Assembly (NCBI GenBank): GCA_963813535.1
Contig: CAWEZH010000003.1
Span: 320,001-384,000, forward strand
From: an uncultured Chloroflexia bacterium
GTDB lineage: Bacteria > Chloroflexota > Limnocylindria > Limnocylindrales > CSP1-4
DNA length: 64,000 nt
Reading direction: 5' to 3'
The first letter of the stretch is position 1. Each line of letters starts with the position of its first letter. The notes beneath the pieces are model-generated. The model was not told where the DNA came from and ran no database searches. It worked only from the letters and a program-made list of their open reading frames with translations. Of the stretch, positions 1-9,596 are shown piece by piece. The position numbers and the translations under genes were made by a program.

Positions 1-306
1 CGCCTGCGCAGACCGCCCGATAACGATGTCGTCCTCCGGGTGTCGCTTCAGGTAACTCTGGACATATGGACACATGGGGATGACCCGCAGCTCCCGCCGA
101 CGGGCGTCCTCGAGCGCGAAGCGGACGAGCGCGGAACCCACGCCCCGGCCCTCATGGACTGGTAGCACCTCCGTGTGGATGAGGGCGATCCGCCCGCGCG
201 TGACCTTGTATTCGAGGACGCCCGCGAGCTCACCGTCGAGGTGGGCCTCATAGCGCTCGCGCTCGGACGCGTCGGTGATGACGGGTCGCGCAGGCGAAGG
301 ACTCAT
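1..306 (-). CDS. GNAT family N-acetyltransferase (YjdJ-like), 3' end runs off the window
   Basis: Not in the ORF track. Hand translation from ATG at 306 gives MSPSPARPVITDASERERYEAHLDGELAGVLEYKVTRGRIALIHTEVLPVHEGRGVGSALVRFALEDARRRELRVIPMCPYVQSYLKRHPE, with the HTEV, GRGVG and CPYV motifs of this family. Confidence 0.85.
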   Translation of the reverse strand, partial: MSPSPARPVITDASERERYEAHLDGELAGVLEYKVTRGRIALIHTEVLPVHEGRGVGSALVRFALEDARRRELRVIPMCPYVQSYLKRHPEDDIVIGRSAQA

Positions 307-316
307 GGCCACCATG

Positions 317-1039
317 CTAGGCGCGGACCGGGCCTAGGCGGACGCGATCGAAGCCGACTAGATGACAGGCGCGTCGTCCGGGTTTGTCGGGCTTGTCGGG
401 CTTCTCGGGCTTGTCGGGCTTCTCGGGCTTGTCGGGCTTGTCGGGCTTCTCGGGCTTGTCCGGCTTGTCCGGCTTCTCCGGCTTGTCCGGCTTGTCGGGC
501 TTCTCCGGCTTGTCGGGCTCCTCCGGCTTGTCCGGCTCCTCGCGCGGCTTGGACGCCTCGCGATCCGCATCGGGCGGACGGCCGGGCGTCGAACCGCTGG
601 AGCGCTCCGCCGGCAGGGCAGGTTCCTTCGCCGCCCGCGGCGTGCCGTTCGTCGCCGGAGCATCGTCCGCTTCTCCAGTGGGCGACGGCTCGCTGGGGAC
701 ACCCGGATCTTCGGGGCCGGCCGGGACCCCGGTCGAGGATGGTGTCGCGTCCGTATCAGCCGGCAGGATCACCATTGCCAGGCCGTCTGGGCTCCGGACC
801 GGCACATGGTCGGCCGCAAGGACCACTCCATCTCGTGACACGGACGAGGTGGCGGCGACCGGCGTGAACACCAGACCGAGGACGGCGGTGACCGCGATGG
901 CGACACCGAGCCCAAGCACTGTCTGGAACCATGACGACTGCACGATGCGACCTCCGACCGCACGACCTGCGCTGCTAACCCTATCCCTACTGGCAATGCC
1001 CTCGCGGCCGGTCTCGCATGGGACGCACCGGGGCTGCAA
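317..1039 (-). CDS. Hypothetical single-TM protein with Pro-rich linker and (K/E)P(D/E) repeat; start uncertain
   Basis: Hydrophobic segment VLGLGVAIAVTAVLGLVF, then a low-complexity region and a KPDKPEKPD tract. Confidence 0.55.
   Translation of the reverse strand: MQPRCVPCETGREGIASRDRVSSAGRAVGGRIVQSSWFQTVLGLGVAIAVTAVLGLVFTPVAATSSVSRDGVVLAADHVPVRSPDGLAMVILPADTDATPSSTGVPAGPEDPGVPSEPSPTGEADDAPATNGTPRAAKEPALPAERSSGSTPGRPPDADREASKPREEPDKPEEPDKPEKPDKPDKPEKPDKPDKPEKPDKPDKPEKPDKPEKPDKPDKPGRRACHLVGFDRVRLGPVRA
379..540. repeat. 9-bp tandem repeat (gggcttgtc/gggcttctc/cggcttgtc), about 18 units
   Basis: Directly visible; encodes KPD/KPE on the minus strand. Confidence 0.9.
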
Positions 1040-1066
1040 ATTCCTTCCGGCACTGCCGCTGACACC

Positions 1067-1699
1067 CTAGGCGCGGCCCGCGGCGGTCTCCTCTTCGCGG
1101 GTGCGGCCGGCCAGCTGGATCAGGTCCTCATGGAGCTCGAACCAGATGCCGTGGTAGCTATCGACTCGGGGTGAGGCGACGAAGCGGCCGTCGCCCGACC
1201 GTGCCGCATCCAACGCTCGCCCGAGCCGGGCACCGTAGTCGCCAAGACGCGGCAGCGCCGCCTCGGTCGGGGCGAGCCAGGCCGTCGCCTCGGCGTGGAT
1301 CGCCGTCAGCTGCTCGAGGACACCAGCGTCGTAGTCGGCGTCAGCGTGGTCGTTGATCGTCTGTGGATCGCGCATCTGCCAGGCGGTGACGACCTCCTTC
1401 ACCCGGTGATCGATCTCGAGGAAGGCATCGAGCGCCGCTGCCGCGTTCTCGGCGCCCCACTTCTCGCGTTCCTCGGTCAGCAACCCCTCGGTACGAGATC
1501 GGCCCGCGTCGGTGAGCTTGTACGCCCCGGCACTGGATGCGACGAGGCCATCCGCGGCGAGTGCATCGATGACGGGGCCGAGCTCCTCCGGTTTCGCCAT
1601 GACCGCGTCGGCGACACCGTCGGCTAGCGCGAAACCCTTGATCGCGATCGCGCGGAGCACGCGGTCGGGCTCGATCGGGCCTCCCGAAGAAACAGTCAT
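1067..1699 (-). CDS. Rv1126c-like conserved protein (winged-helix-like N-terminus), probably the C-terminal part of the upstream PPDK-like gene
   Basis: Motifs VKEVVTAWQMR, NDHADADYDAGVL and DSYHGIWFELHEDLI resemble, from recall, the mycobacterial protein encoded downstream of ppdK. Confidence 0.75.
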   Translation of the reverse strand: MTVSSGGPIEPDRVLRAIAIKGFALADGVADAVMAKPEELGPVIDALAADGLVASSAGAYKLTDAGRSRTEGLLTEEREKWGAENAAAALDAFLEIDHRVKEVVTAWQMRDPQTINDHADADYDAGVLEQLTAIHAEATAWLAPTEAALPRLGDYGARLGRALDAARSGDGRFVASPRVDSYHGIWFELHEDLIQLAGRTREEETAAGRA

Positions 1700-3186
1700 G
1701 TCGGCCGATTCCGGCGGTGAGCCCTCGATCTCGATGCCGGCCTCGCGCGCCCACTGGAGCAGCGTGGCGGCCTCCGGGGCGATCTCGGTGGCACCCGCGA
1801 CCGCGCCCTCGAAGACCTCGCCCGTACCGCCATCGATCGTGACACGTCACCCGCCTCGAGCACCCGCCCGTCGATGCGGATCTCGCCGTCACGGACCTCG
1901 ATGCCCCCAGCGCCGACGACGGCTGGGATGCCCCACCCACGCGCGACGACGGCGGCGTGACTGGCGAGCCCGCCGCGGGACGTGAGGATGCCCGCCGCAC
2001 GCGACATCCCGTGGACATCGTCGGGCGACGTCTCGGCACGGACGAGGATGGCCGGCGTGCCCCCCTCGGCCGACGCCACCGCGGAGTCCGGGTCGGTGAC
2101 GATGGGCCCGCTGGCGACGCCCGGCGAGGCGGCCAGCCCGGTCGTCAGCGGCACGGCGTCGGAGGCATGTCCGGTGGCGACGCGAGGCGGATCCACCAGC
2201 AAGGGCAGCACCCGTCGGACGGCCTGCTCCCGCGTCAACGGGAAGTCCTCGTCGTGTGCCATGTCGACCGCGATCCGCAACGCCGCCTGCGGCGAACGCT
2301 TGCCGACCCGGACCTGGAGCAGCCACAACTTGCCGTCCTCGATCGTGAACTCGATGTCGCACAGGTCGGCGTAGTGGTGTTCGAGCCGCTCGGCCGCGGC
2401 GCGCAGCTCGCGAGCCACGGCCGGCAATCGCGTGTCGAGCACGGCGATCGGCTCGGTCTGGTGGGTGCCGGCGACGACGTCCTCACCCTGGGCGTCGAAC
2501 AGGACATCGCCGTAGAGCGTCGGCTCCCCGGTCGCCGGGTTGCGGGTGAACAGCACGCCCGTGCCCGAGTCGGAGCCGCGGTTGCCGAACACCATGGCCT
2601 GGACCGTCACTGCCGTGCCGAGGTCGTCGGGGATGCCTTCCTTCTGCCGATACGTCCTGGCCCGATCGCTCTGCCACGACCGGAAGACGGCCTCGATCGC
2701 CAAGCGGAGCTGGGCCCATGGATCCTCCGGCACATCCTCGACGCCGACGATCGAGCGGAACGACTCCTCGAACCGCCGCCGGCATTCCTCCGCGAAGTCC
2801 GCATCCCGGGCCACCGCCCCGAGACCGCGCGTCGTCTCGTCGTTGAGCCCGAGATCGAGGACCGTGTCCATCATCCCGGGCATCGACACCGGGGCACCGG
2901 AGCGGACGCTCACGAGCAGCGGGTCCGAGGGATCACCGAAGCGCCGCCCGACCGCCTGCTCGACCGCGGTCATCGCTGTCCGGATCTCGTCCTCCAGCCC
3001 GTCGGGCCAGCCGTCGGCCAGGAACTCGCGGCAGGTCTGGGTGGTGATCGCGAACCCCGGCGGTACGGGCAGCACCAGATCCCGCGCCATCACGCCGAGG
3101 TTGGCCGCCTTGCCGCCGACCAGCGCCTTGGCCTCGTCGAGCGTTTCGCCGTGCGGCTCGTCGAGCGCGTAGACGAACCGGCTCAC
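1696..3186 (-). CDS. ppdK: Truncated pyruvate phosphate dikinase-like protein (ATP-grasp and phospho-His domains, no pyruvate-binding barrel); frameshift near 1843
   Basis: GGKAANL, PLLVSVRSGAPVSMPGMMDTVL, VQAMVFGN, QGEDVVAG, DIEFTIE and GGLASHAAVVARG; the conserved TIDGGTGEV continues in another frame after about 1843. Confidence 0.85.
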   Translation of the reverse strand: MSRFVYALDEPHGETLDEAKALVGGKAANLGVMARDLVLPVPPGFAITTQTCREFLADGWPDGLEDEIRTAMTAVEQAVGRRFGDPSDPLLVSVRSGAPVSMPGMMDTVLDLGLNDETTRGLGAVARDADFAEECRRRFEESFRSIVGVEDVPEDPWAQLRLAIEAVFRSWQSDRARTYRQKEGIPDDLGTAVTVQAMVFGNRGSDSGTGVLFTRNPATGEPTLYGDVLFDAQGEDVVAGTHQTEPIAVLDTRLPAVARELRAAAERLEHHYADLCDIEFTIEDGKLWLLQVRVGKRSPQAALRIAVDMAHDEDFPLTREQAVRRVLPLLVDPPRVATGHASDAVPLTTGLAASPGVASGPIVTDPDSAVASAEGGTPAILVRAETSPDDVHGMSRAAGILTSRGGLASHAAVVARGWGIPAVVGAGGIEVRDGEIRIDGRVLEAGDVSRSMAVRARSSRARSRVPPRSPRRPPRCSSGRARPASRSRAHRRNRPT

Positions 3187-5453
3187 GACACGGAGTCCCC
3201 GCCCCGCTCGCCCGCCTCCTGCAACGCCCGCCAGACGCGCTCGGGCGACAGCGGCAGGTCGCGGATGACCGCGCCCGTCGCATCCGCCACAGCGCCGGCG
3301 ACGGCGGGAGCGACCGGCAGCAGGGCACCCTCGCTCATGCCCTTCGCTCCGTACGGTCCGGGACCGTCCGCGTTCTCGACGATGTCGCTCTGCGTTTCGA
3401 GCGGGAGGTCCATCGACGTCGGGATCCGGTAATCGATCGCGCCGAGATTCCGGATCCGACCGGCGTCATCCCAGATGTAGTGCTCCATCAGCGTGTGCCC
3501 CAGCCCCATCACGGCGGCGCCCTCGTCCTGGCCGCGGACCTGCAGCGGATTCAGCGCCGTGCCGACGTCCGACACGGTCACGTACCGGGAGATCGAGATG
3601 TCACCGGTCTCGCGATCGACCTCGACCTCGACCGCGGTGGCATTGAACTCATAGAACGCGGCGGTGCCGCCGAGGGGATGGTCGGGCTCGGCGTCCTTGC
3701 GCATCTCACCGACGCCGATGATCTCCCCGCCGAGGCGCCCGAGCCCGCGTTTCACGACGTCGCCGATCGGGAGCGTCCGCTCGCCGATGCGGACCTCGCC
3801 GTGCTCGACGGTGATCGACGCCTCGTCGACCGACTCGAGCCGCGCCGCCATCGACCGGACCTTCACCTGGATGTCGCGACATGCGCGCAGGACCGCGTTC
3901 CCCATGAACACCGACGATCGACTGGCCGACGTCTGCTGGTCGTACGGGACGACCGCGGTGTCGCCGCTGACGACGGTCACCCACTCCAGCGGTGCGCCGA
4001 GCTCGTCGGCCGCGATCTGGGCGAAGATCGTCCGTGCGCCCTGGCCCATGTCGGACGTGCCCGCGTAGACCACGACGCTGCCGTCGACCAGGAGCCGGAC
4101 CGTCGAGTAGGACAACCCCGTCGTCGGGCCCGATTTCAGCCCGACGGCGATCCCTCGGCCGCGACCCTCGGGCGTGGGCGAGCCCCAGTCGATCATCTCG
4201 GCTGCGCGCCGCACGGCCACCGCCCAGTCCCCATCGGCCGGCGTGTCGCCGGGGATGAACTCGTCGCCGGGACCCGCGAGATTGCGCAGCCGGAGCTCGA
4301 GCGGGTCGATGCCGAGCTCCCGGGCCGCCTCGTTCATGTTCGACTCGACCGCCCAGATCTGCTGCGGATTGCCAAACCCACGGAACGCCGTGGACGGCAC
4401 GGTGTGGGACAGCACGCTCCGGGCGACGATCCGCACCGACGGACATCGGTACGGCCCCATCGAGGTGTAGCTGCCCTTGGCCACCGTCCGATCGGCGATG
4501 TCGGCGTACGCGCCGATGAGGTAGTTCGCCTCGAGATCGCGGAAGACGAGCGTCCCATCACGCTGGAAACCCGTCCGGACATGGACCTCGGCCGCTCCCC
4601 GGCGGACGGCCTGGAACGTCTCCTCGAGGGTGAGGACGAGGCGCACCGGTCGGCCCGTCGCGCGGGCCATGAAGGCCAGCAACGGCTCGTACTTCGCGTG
4701 CTGCTTGCCACCGAACGCCCCACCCGGATCGGGCGCGTGGATGCGGACCTTGGCGAGCGGGAGCTGGAGAAGCTCGGCGGTCACCCGCTGGAGCCAATTC
4801 GGATGCTGGATGGCGCTCCAGACGGCGATGCCGTCCCCATCCGGCGCGGCCATGAACGCATGCGGCTCGATCGCGAACTGCGTGACCATCGGGAAGTGAT
4901 ACGTGCCCTCGACGACGACCTCGGCGGTGGGCGCGGCCGCGTCGACGGCTTCGCCCCAGGCATGCCGGTGCTCGTGGAGGACGTTGCTGGTCGCATGCGG
5001 ATCGTCGGGGCGCAACGCGGGGTCCTGGACGAGCGGGGCATCCGGTGCCAGGGCGGCCGCCAGCGTGTGCAGGGCGGGCAGCTCCTCGAACTGCACCTCG
5101 ACCAGGCCGGCGCCCTCCTCGGCGGCATCCCTGGTCTCCGCGGCGACCGCCGCGACCGGATCCCCGTGGTATTTGGTCTCCCCCGATGCGATGACCGGTC
5201 GGTCGCGTCGTTGCGGCCCGAACCGGGGGATGGGCTGCGGCAGGTCGGCGGCGGTCATGACCATCCGGACGCCCGGCACCGCGCAGGCCGCAGTCGTGTC
5301 GATCGGCCCGATGCGTGCCCGGGCGACCGGCAGCGTGACGAGCTTGACGTGGAGGACGTCGTCGAGCGGGATGTCGGCGACGTACGCCTGCCGTCCGGTG
5401 ACGCGATCGAGGCCGCCGACGCGCACGGCCGGGTCGCCGACGACGCGGCTCAT
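3183..5453 (-). CDS. Xanthine dehydrogenase family molybdopterin-binding large subunit
   Basis: Start MSRVVGD at 5453 (ATGA overlap with the 2Fe-2S gene); motifs GGAFGGK, AFRGFGNPQ, DMGQGARTIFAQIAA and GAKGMSEG. Confidence 0.9.
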   Translation of the reverse strand: MSRVVGDPAVRVGGLDRVTGRQAYVADIPLDDVLHVKLVTLPVARARIGPIDTTAACAVPGVRMVMTAADLPQPIPRFGPQRRDRPVIASGETKYHGDPVAAVAAETRDAAEEGAGLVEVQFEELPALHTLAAALAPDAPLVQDPALRPDDPHATSNVLHEHRHAWGEAVDAAAPTAEVVVEGTYHFPMVTQFAIEPHAFMAAPDGDGIAVWSAIQHPNWLQRVTAELLQLPLAKVRIHAPDPGGAFGGKQHAKYEPLLAFMARATGRPVRLVLTLEETFQAVRRGAAEVHVRTGFQRDGTLVFRDLEANYLIGAYADIADRTVAKGSYTSMGPYRCPSVRIVARSVLSHTVPSTAFRGFGNPQQIWAVESNMNEAARELGIDPLELRLRNLAGPGDEFIPGDTPADGDWAVAVRRAAEMIDWGSPTPEGRGRGIAVGLKSGPTTGLSYSTVRLLVDGSVVVYAGTSDMGQGARTIFAQIAADELGAPLEWVTVVSGDTAVVPYDQQTSASRSSVFMGNAVLRACRDIQVKVRSMAARLESVDEASITVEHGEVRIGERTLPIGDVVKRGLGRLGGEIIGVGEMRKDAEPDHPLGGTAAFYEFNATAVEVEVDRETGDISISRYVTVSDVGTALNPLQVRGQDEGAAVMGLGHTLMEHYIWDDAGRIRNLGAIDYRIPTSMDLPLETQSDIVENADGPGPYGAKGMSEGALLPVAPAVAGAVADATGAVIRDLPLSPERVWRALQEAGERGGDSVS

Positions 5454-5998
5454 TGCGGCGCGACCGAGGCGTCGGGGGTCGATGCGACGTCCACCGGGGC
5501 CGGCACGGGATGGGTCGCATCCTCGCCGCTCCGCCGCTCCGCGGCCATGGCCACGGCCTCGATGATCTGCTCGTAGCCGGCGCAGCGGCAGAGGTTGCCG
5601 GCGAGGCCTTCCTCGATCTCGGCACGGTTCGGATGGGGGATCTCCGTCAACAACGCCCTCGCCGACACGAGCTGGCCCGGGATACAGAAGCCGCACTGGG
5701 CGGCACCGGTCTCGAGGAACGCGTCCTGGAGGGGGTCGAGCCGGTCGCCGACGGCAAGCCCCTCGACCGTCGTGACCGCGGCGCCATCGGCCTCGACGCC
5801 GAGCATCAGGCACGAGTCGACGCTCTCACCGTCGACGATGACGGTGCACGCGCCGCACTCCCCGACCAGGCAGCACTCCTTCGTGCCGGTCAGACCGAGG
5901 TCGTCGCGCAGGACGTCGAGCAGCGTGTGGTGGACCTCGACGTCCACGGATCGGGCCCGGCCGTTGACGGTGACGTCGATGCGGCGGGTGGTCATCAC
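5450..5998 (-). CDS. Xanthine dehydrogenase family (2Fe-2S) small subunit
   Basis: TGTKECCLVGECGACTV, DSC, QCGFCIPG and GNLCRCAGY motifs. Confidence 0.93.
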   Translation of the reverse strand: MMTTRRIDVTVNGRARSVDVEVHHTLLDVLRDDLGLTGTKECCLVGECGACTVIVDGESVDSCLMLGVEADGAAVTTVEGLAVGDRLDPLQDAFLETGAAQCGFCIPGQLVSARALLTEIPHPNRAEIEEGLAGNLCRCAGYEQIIEAVAMAAERRSGEDATHPVPAPVDVASTPDASVAPQ

Positions 5999-6876
5999 AG
6001 GACGACCTTTCCGCTCAGCCCCGCGCGAAGCCGGTCGATCGCGATGTCGACCGCGCGCATCCCGAGCAATCGGAGCATCGCCAAGCGGTATTCCGGGCTC
6101 GCTCGCATCGAGGTGGGTGACGGGGCAGCCTCCGCGAACAGCTCGGCAAGCCGCTCGGCCCTCGCGTCCGGCGCCGCAGCCGGGTCGGCGAGCACACCCG
6201 AGTCGTCGACGACCAGCACCGGCCGCGGACCGACGCTCCCGTACGACAGGCGCGTCACCCCGTCCTCCCCGATCGCGCAGGCCATCGTCACCGACGCGAG
6301 GTCGTGCCCGCGCCGCCGCGTCCGCCGAAGGGCGACTGCCCCGCGCGGTCCCTCCGGCAGCGGCAGTTCGATCGCCGCGACGAGCTCCCCCGGGGCCAGC
6401 GTGGTGACGCCCGACCGGACGAAGAACCGGTCCACGGGGATCGTCCGACGTCCGCCCGGCCCGACCGCCACGACCCGCGCGCCGTACACGAGGAGTGCCG
6501 GGGCGGTGTCGGCCGCCGGCGACGCGTTGCAGATGTTCCCAGCCAACGTCGCTCGGTTGCGGATCTGCACCGACCCGACGACCGCCGCTCCCTCGGCCAG
6601 TGCCACGTAGTCGTGCTGGATCCGCTCGTCACGCATGAGGTCGGTCATCACGGTCCGCGCGCCGATCGTGAGCCAGCCGTCGCCAGCCCGGATCTCGCGC
6701 GCGAACTCTTCGATCCGCTTGACGTCGACGACCGTCGTCGGCCGGATCGACCCGTCTCGGATGCGGATGATCAGGTCGGTGCCACCGGCCAGCGGCCGCG
6801 CATCCTCACCGCGGTCGGCCAACAGCGCCAGCGCGTCGGCGAGCCGCTCCGGCCGCTCGTAGGCGAACGCGCGCAT
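5995..6876 (-). CDS. Xanthine dehydrogenase family FAD-binding medium subunit
   Basis: PLAGGTDL and QIRNRATLAGNICNASPAAD motifs. Confidence 0.92.
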   Translation of the reverse strand: MRAFAYERPERLADALALLADRGEDARPLAGGTDLIIRIRDGSIRPTTVVDVKRIEEFAREIRAGDGWLTIGARTVMTDLMRDERIQHDYVALAEGAAVVGSVQIRNRATLAGNICNASPAADTAPALLVYGARVVAVGPGGRRTIPVDRFFVRSGVTTLAPGELVAAIELPLPEGPRGAVALRRTRRRGHDLASVTMACAIGEDGVTRLSYGSVGPRPVLVVDDSGVLADPAAAPDARAERLAELFAEAAPSPTSMRASPEYRLAMLRLLGMRAVDIAIDRLRAGLSGKVVL

Positions 6877-6886
6877 CGGTCCGGGC

Positions 6887-7777
6887 CTAGAGGACCCGCT
6901 CCACCTCGTCGAGGAGCACCTGCGGCGTCGCGGCCCGCACGAAGTGGTACGGGCGCTCGGTGAATCGCTCCACGAACCCGGCCCGCGCTGCTCGCCGCTC
7001 CGTGGTGTCGACCATCGGCATCGGATGGCCCGGTGCCAGCAGCTCGTTGAGCAGGAAGTAGTTCTGCAGCGAGTGGAACGTCTGGAACTGCCGCTCGAAC
7101 GGGATCATGTCGACGGTCGAGGCATCGAAGTTGCCGTCGATCGCGGGGACGATGACGACATCGACCGGATCGGGTTCCGTGTACAGGTCCCAGGTCGGCA
7201 TCTCGCCGAAGAACTTCTCGACGCCCCGCTCCGGGGCGGCCTTGTCGGCGCGCTCCGTCCCGACGTTGCGTTTCTTCAGGAACGGGTGCTTCGAGCCATC
7301 GATCACGCGGCCGTCCTCGTCGATGACGGTCGTCTCGGTCGAGACGAGGAGTGCGCCACGACGACACGCCTCGATCTGGCCCATCGACTTGCCGTGGTTC
7401 GACTCGCCGCCGAGGAACATGATCGTCTTGTCGCGAAAGCGGACCGCCGAGGCGTGGAAGGGATGCAGGCCGGCCGACTCCATCCGCAGCGCGAGCATCG
7501 TCACGACGACCTTCTGCATCGGGCCGGAGGGCCAATCGCCACTGAACGTCATCCGGCGCCCGTCATAGGCGATGCCCTTGGGCCGATCCCGATCCCACAC
7601 GATGTCGGGCTCGGTGAGCGTGGGCTCGGCGGCGATCCCGACGTCGGCGAGGCGGTAGTCGAGAAAATCCTTGTCGGCGAGCGCGTCGCCGACAGGCTCC
7701 GAGCCGTAGACGTCGATCCGCAGCCGGGCGGGTCCGGCCACGAACTCCTGCGAGAGCTGGAGGGTCTCGGTCGTCAC
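6887..7777 (-). CDS. HPr kinase/PEPCK-superfamily-like P-loop protein of unknown function
   Basis: Probable GTG start at 7777 overlapping the upstream stop (GTGA); segment HASAVRFRDKTIMFLGGESNHGKS...RRGALLVSTETTVID resembles the HPrK His/Walker-A/acidic-loop layout. Confidence 0.6.
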   Translation of the reverse strand: MTTETLQLSQEFVAGPARLRIDVYGSEPVGDALADKDFLDYRLADVGIAAEPTLTEPDIVWDRDRPKGIAYDGRRMTFSGDWPSGPMQKVVVTMLALRMESAGLHPFHASAVRFRDKTIMFLGGESNHGKSMGQIEACRRGALLVSTETTVIDEDGRVIDGSKHPFLKKRNVGTERADKAAPERGVEKFFGEMPTWDLYTEPDPVDVVIVPAIDGNFDASTVDMIPFERQFQTFHSLQNYFLLNELLAPGHPMPMVDTTERRAARAGFVERFTERPYHFVRAATPQVLLDEVERVL

Positions 7778-9567
7778 GAGCCGATCGCCGCGGTCTCGGC
7801 CCCTGCCGACGTGCTCGGCGCGGCCGTCTCGGTCGAAAGGATCTCGACGATGCCGTTCGACCCGTCGACCCGGATCCGGTCGCCCGTCCTGATCCGCTTC
7901 GTCGCGATCGACGTGCCGATGACCGCGGGGATCCCGAACTCCCGCGACAGCACGGCCGGATGGGACGTCGTGCCGCCGGTGTCGGTGACCAGGCCGGCGA
8001 TCTTGGTGAACAGCACGACCCACGCCGGGTTCGTCATCTGGCAGACGAGGATGTCGCCGTCGCGGACCTGGTCGAACTCGTCCACGGTCATCACGACGCG
8101 GGCGACGCCCTCGATCGTTCCGGGCGAGCCCGCGATACCGGTGATCTGGCTCTCATCCTCCGACTGCTGGCGTTCGAACCGCTCCGGATAGCCCCAGTTG
8201 ACGAGGTACGGGAAGGCGAGTTGCGTCGGCGTCACCGTCCCGATCCAGTCGCGCGGCTGCACGTTCCGGGCGGCGTCGCGCTCGGCCCGGCGCGTCGCGA
8301 CGACCGACCGTGCATCGAGCGCCTCGGCGTCACCGATGAGCATCCGCAGCTCGTTGTAGCGCAGGAACAGGACGTCGTCGGGCGTGTCGAGCCGGCCCGC
8401 CTCGACCAGCTTTCGCCCGACGGCCAGCAGGACCAGGCGCATGTGGGCATTCGCGCCCTGGTCGATGTAGAAGTGGTGGTCGGGCGTCAGCGGCGCCATC
8501 CGGAGGTTGACCTCGTTGGCGGTCCGCATCTCGTCAAGGGCATCGCCCTGCAGTCCGGCGAGGATCTCCGCGGACGCGGCCTCGATGTCGCGGCGCATGG
8601 CGTCGATGGCGGTCGGGAAGTCGTAGTCGCTCACGAGGTAGCCGCGGATGAGCTCGAGGACCGGGCCCATCTCCTCGCGCACGGTCGGGAAGATGAACTC
8701 GTGGCTCCAGACGGCGTGCCAGCCGAACTCGCGCTGGTAGGGATCGATCCGCTCGGCGATGAACCGGCGTCCCCGGTCGCTCGCCTGCAGCGCCCCCGCG
8801 ATCGCCTTGGTGTCCTCGGGCTCGAAGGCGGCTCGGAGCTCGGCGTCGTCGCGGACCTCGTTCTTCATCCTCCACAGCGACTCGATGGAGTCCCAGTTGC
8901 GGTCCGACGCCGAGTTCTGGAGCCGGCCGAGGAGCTCTTCATCGATCGATCCGCGGGTCTTCTCCATCACCGCCCGGAGATTCAGCGTCGCCGACAGCTG
9001 GGCGAAGTTGAGCATCCAGTGGATCTTCCAGTGCCGGTCGTGGACGTCGATGGCGTCCTCGAGCAGGGTCGCCGTCTCGGCGAGCGACATGGCGCCGGCG
9101 GCGTCGAGCTGCTCCTCGAGGTAGGCGAAGTTGCGCTGCATCTCAGGCACCAGCCGGTCATGCCACCAATCGGCGAAGTGCTCGCCGTAGACCGGCAGGA
9201 CGGTATCGAGGTAGGCGCCCATCCCCGCCGCGAACGACGCGTCGCGCGGTACACGCGCCTGGTAGCGCGAGCTGTATTCGGTGCCCTCGATGTGGATGTC
9301 GGGGTCGGCCGGGATGGCGGTCGTGTAGACGTAACCGTTGACGTTCTTGGCCAGCCAGTCGACCGCGAACGGTGTCCCGAACCGGCGGAACATGTGGTCG
9401 CAGCTGAGCCACCAGCCGCCGATGTCGAAGAACATCGGGCTGACCGGGTGCGGGATGTGCAGGTCGTCGTAGACCCAGAAGAAGTCCTTCTCGACCTCCG
9501 AGTCCCACGTGACCGGGAACGACTCGTCACCCAGGAACTGGCCGAGCACCTCCTCGGTCACTGCCAC
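7774..9567 (-). CDS. PEP-utilising enzyme with C-terminal phospho-His swivel domain (phenylphosphate synthase alpha/CreH-like architecture)
   Basis: GIAGSPG, GDILVCQMTNPAW, GGTTSHPAVLSREFGIPAVIG and RIRVDGSNG at the C-terminus; long helical N-terminal part with no ATP-grasp motifs. Confidence 0.85.
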   Translation of the reverse strand: MAVTEEVLGQFLGDESFPVTWDSEVEKDFFWVYDDLHIPHPVSPMFFDIGGWWLSCDHMFRRFGTPFAVDWLAKNVNGYVYTTAIPADPDIHIEGTEYSSRYQARVPRDASFAAGMGAYLDTVLPVYGEHFADWWHDRLVPEMQRNFAYLEEQLDAAGAMSLAETATLLEDAIDVHDRHWKIHWMLNFAQLSATLNLRAVMEKTRGSIDEELLGRLQNSASDRNWDSIESLWRMKNEVRDDAELRAAFEPEDTKAIAGALQASDRGRRFIAERIDPYQREFGWHAVWSHEFIFPTVREEMGPVLELIRGYLVSDYDFPTAIDAMRRDIEAASAEILAGLQGDALDEMRTANEVNLRMAPLTPDHHFYIDQGANAHMRLVLLAVGRKLVEAGRLDTPDDVLFLRYNELRMLIGDAEALDARSVVATRRAERDAARNVQPRDWIGTVTPTQLAFPYLVNWGYPERFERQQSEDESQITGIAGSPGTIEGVARVVMTVDEFDQVRDGDILVCQMTNPAWVVLFTKIAGLVTDTGGTTSHPAVLSREFGIPAVIGTSIATKRIRTGDRIRVDGSNGIVEILSTETAAPSTSAGAETAAIGS

Positions 9568-9596
9568 GCGCTCCTCCTCCGATCGGGTGGCTGGAT

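Noticed and set aside
3183-6876. Aerobic CO dehydrogenase (coxMSL) or 4-hydroxybenzoyl-CoA reductase
   Set aside because: The large subunit has AFRGFG rather than AYxCSFR/AYxGAGR, and the FAD subunit lacks the Cys-rich [4Fe-4S] insert of HcrB.
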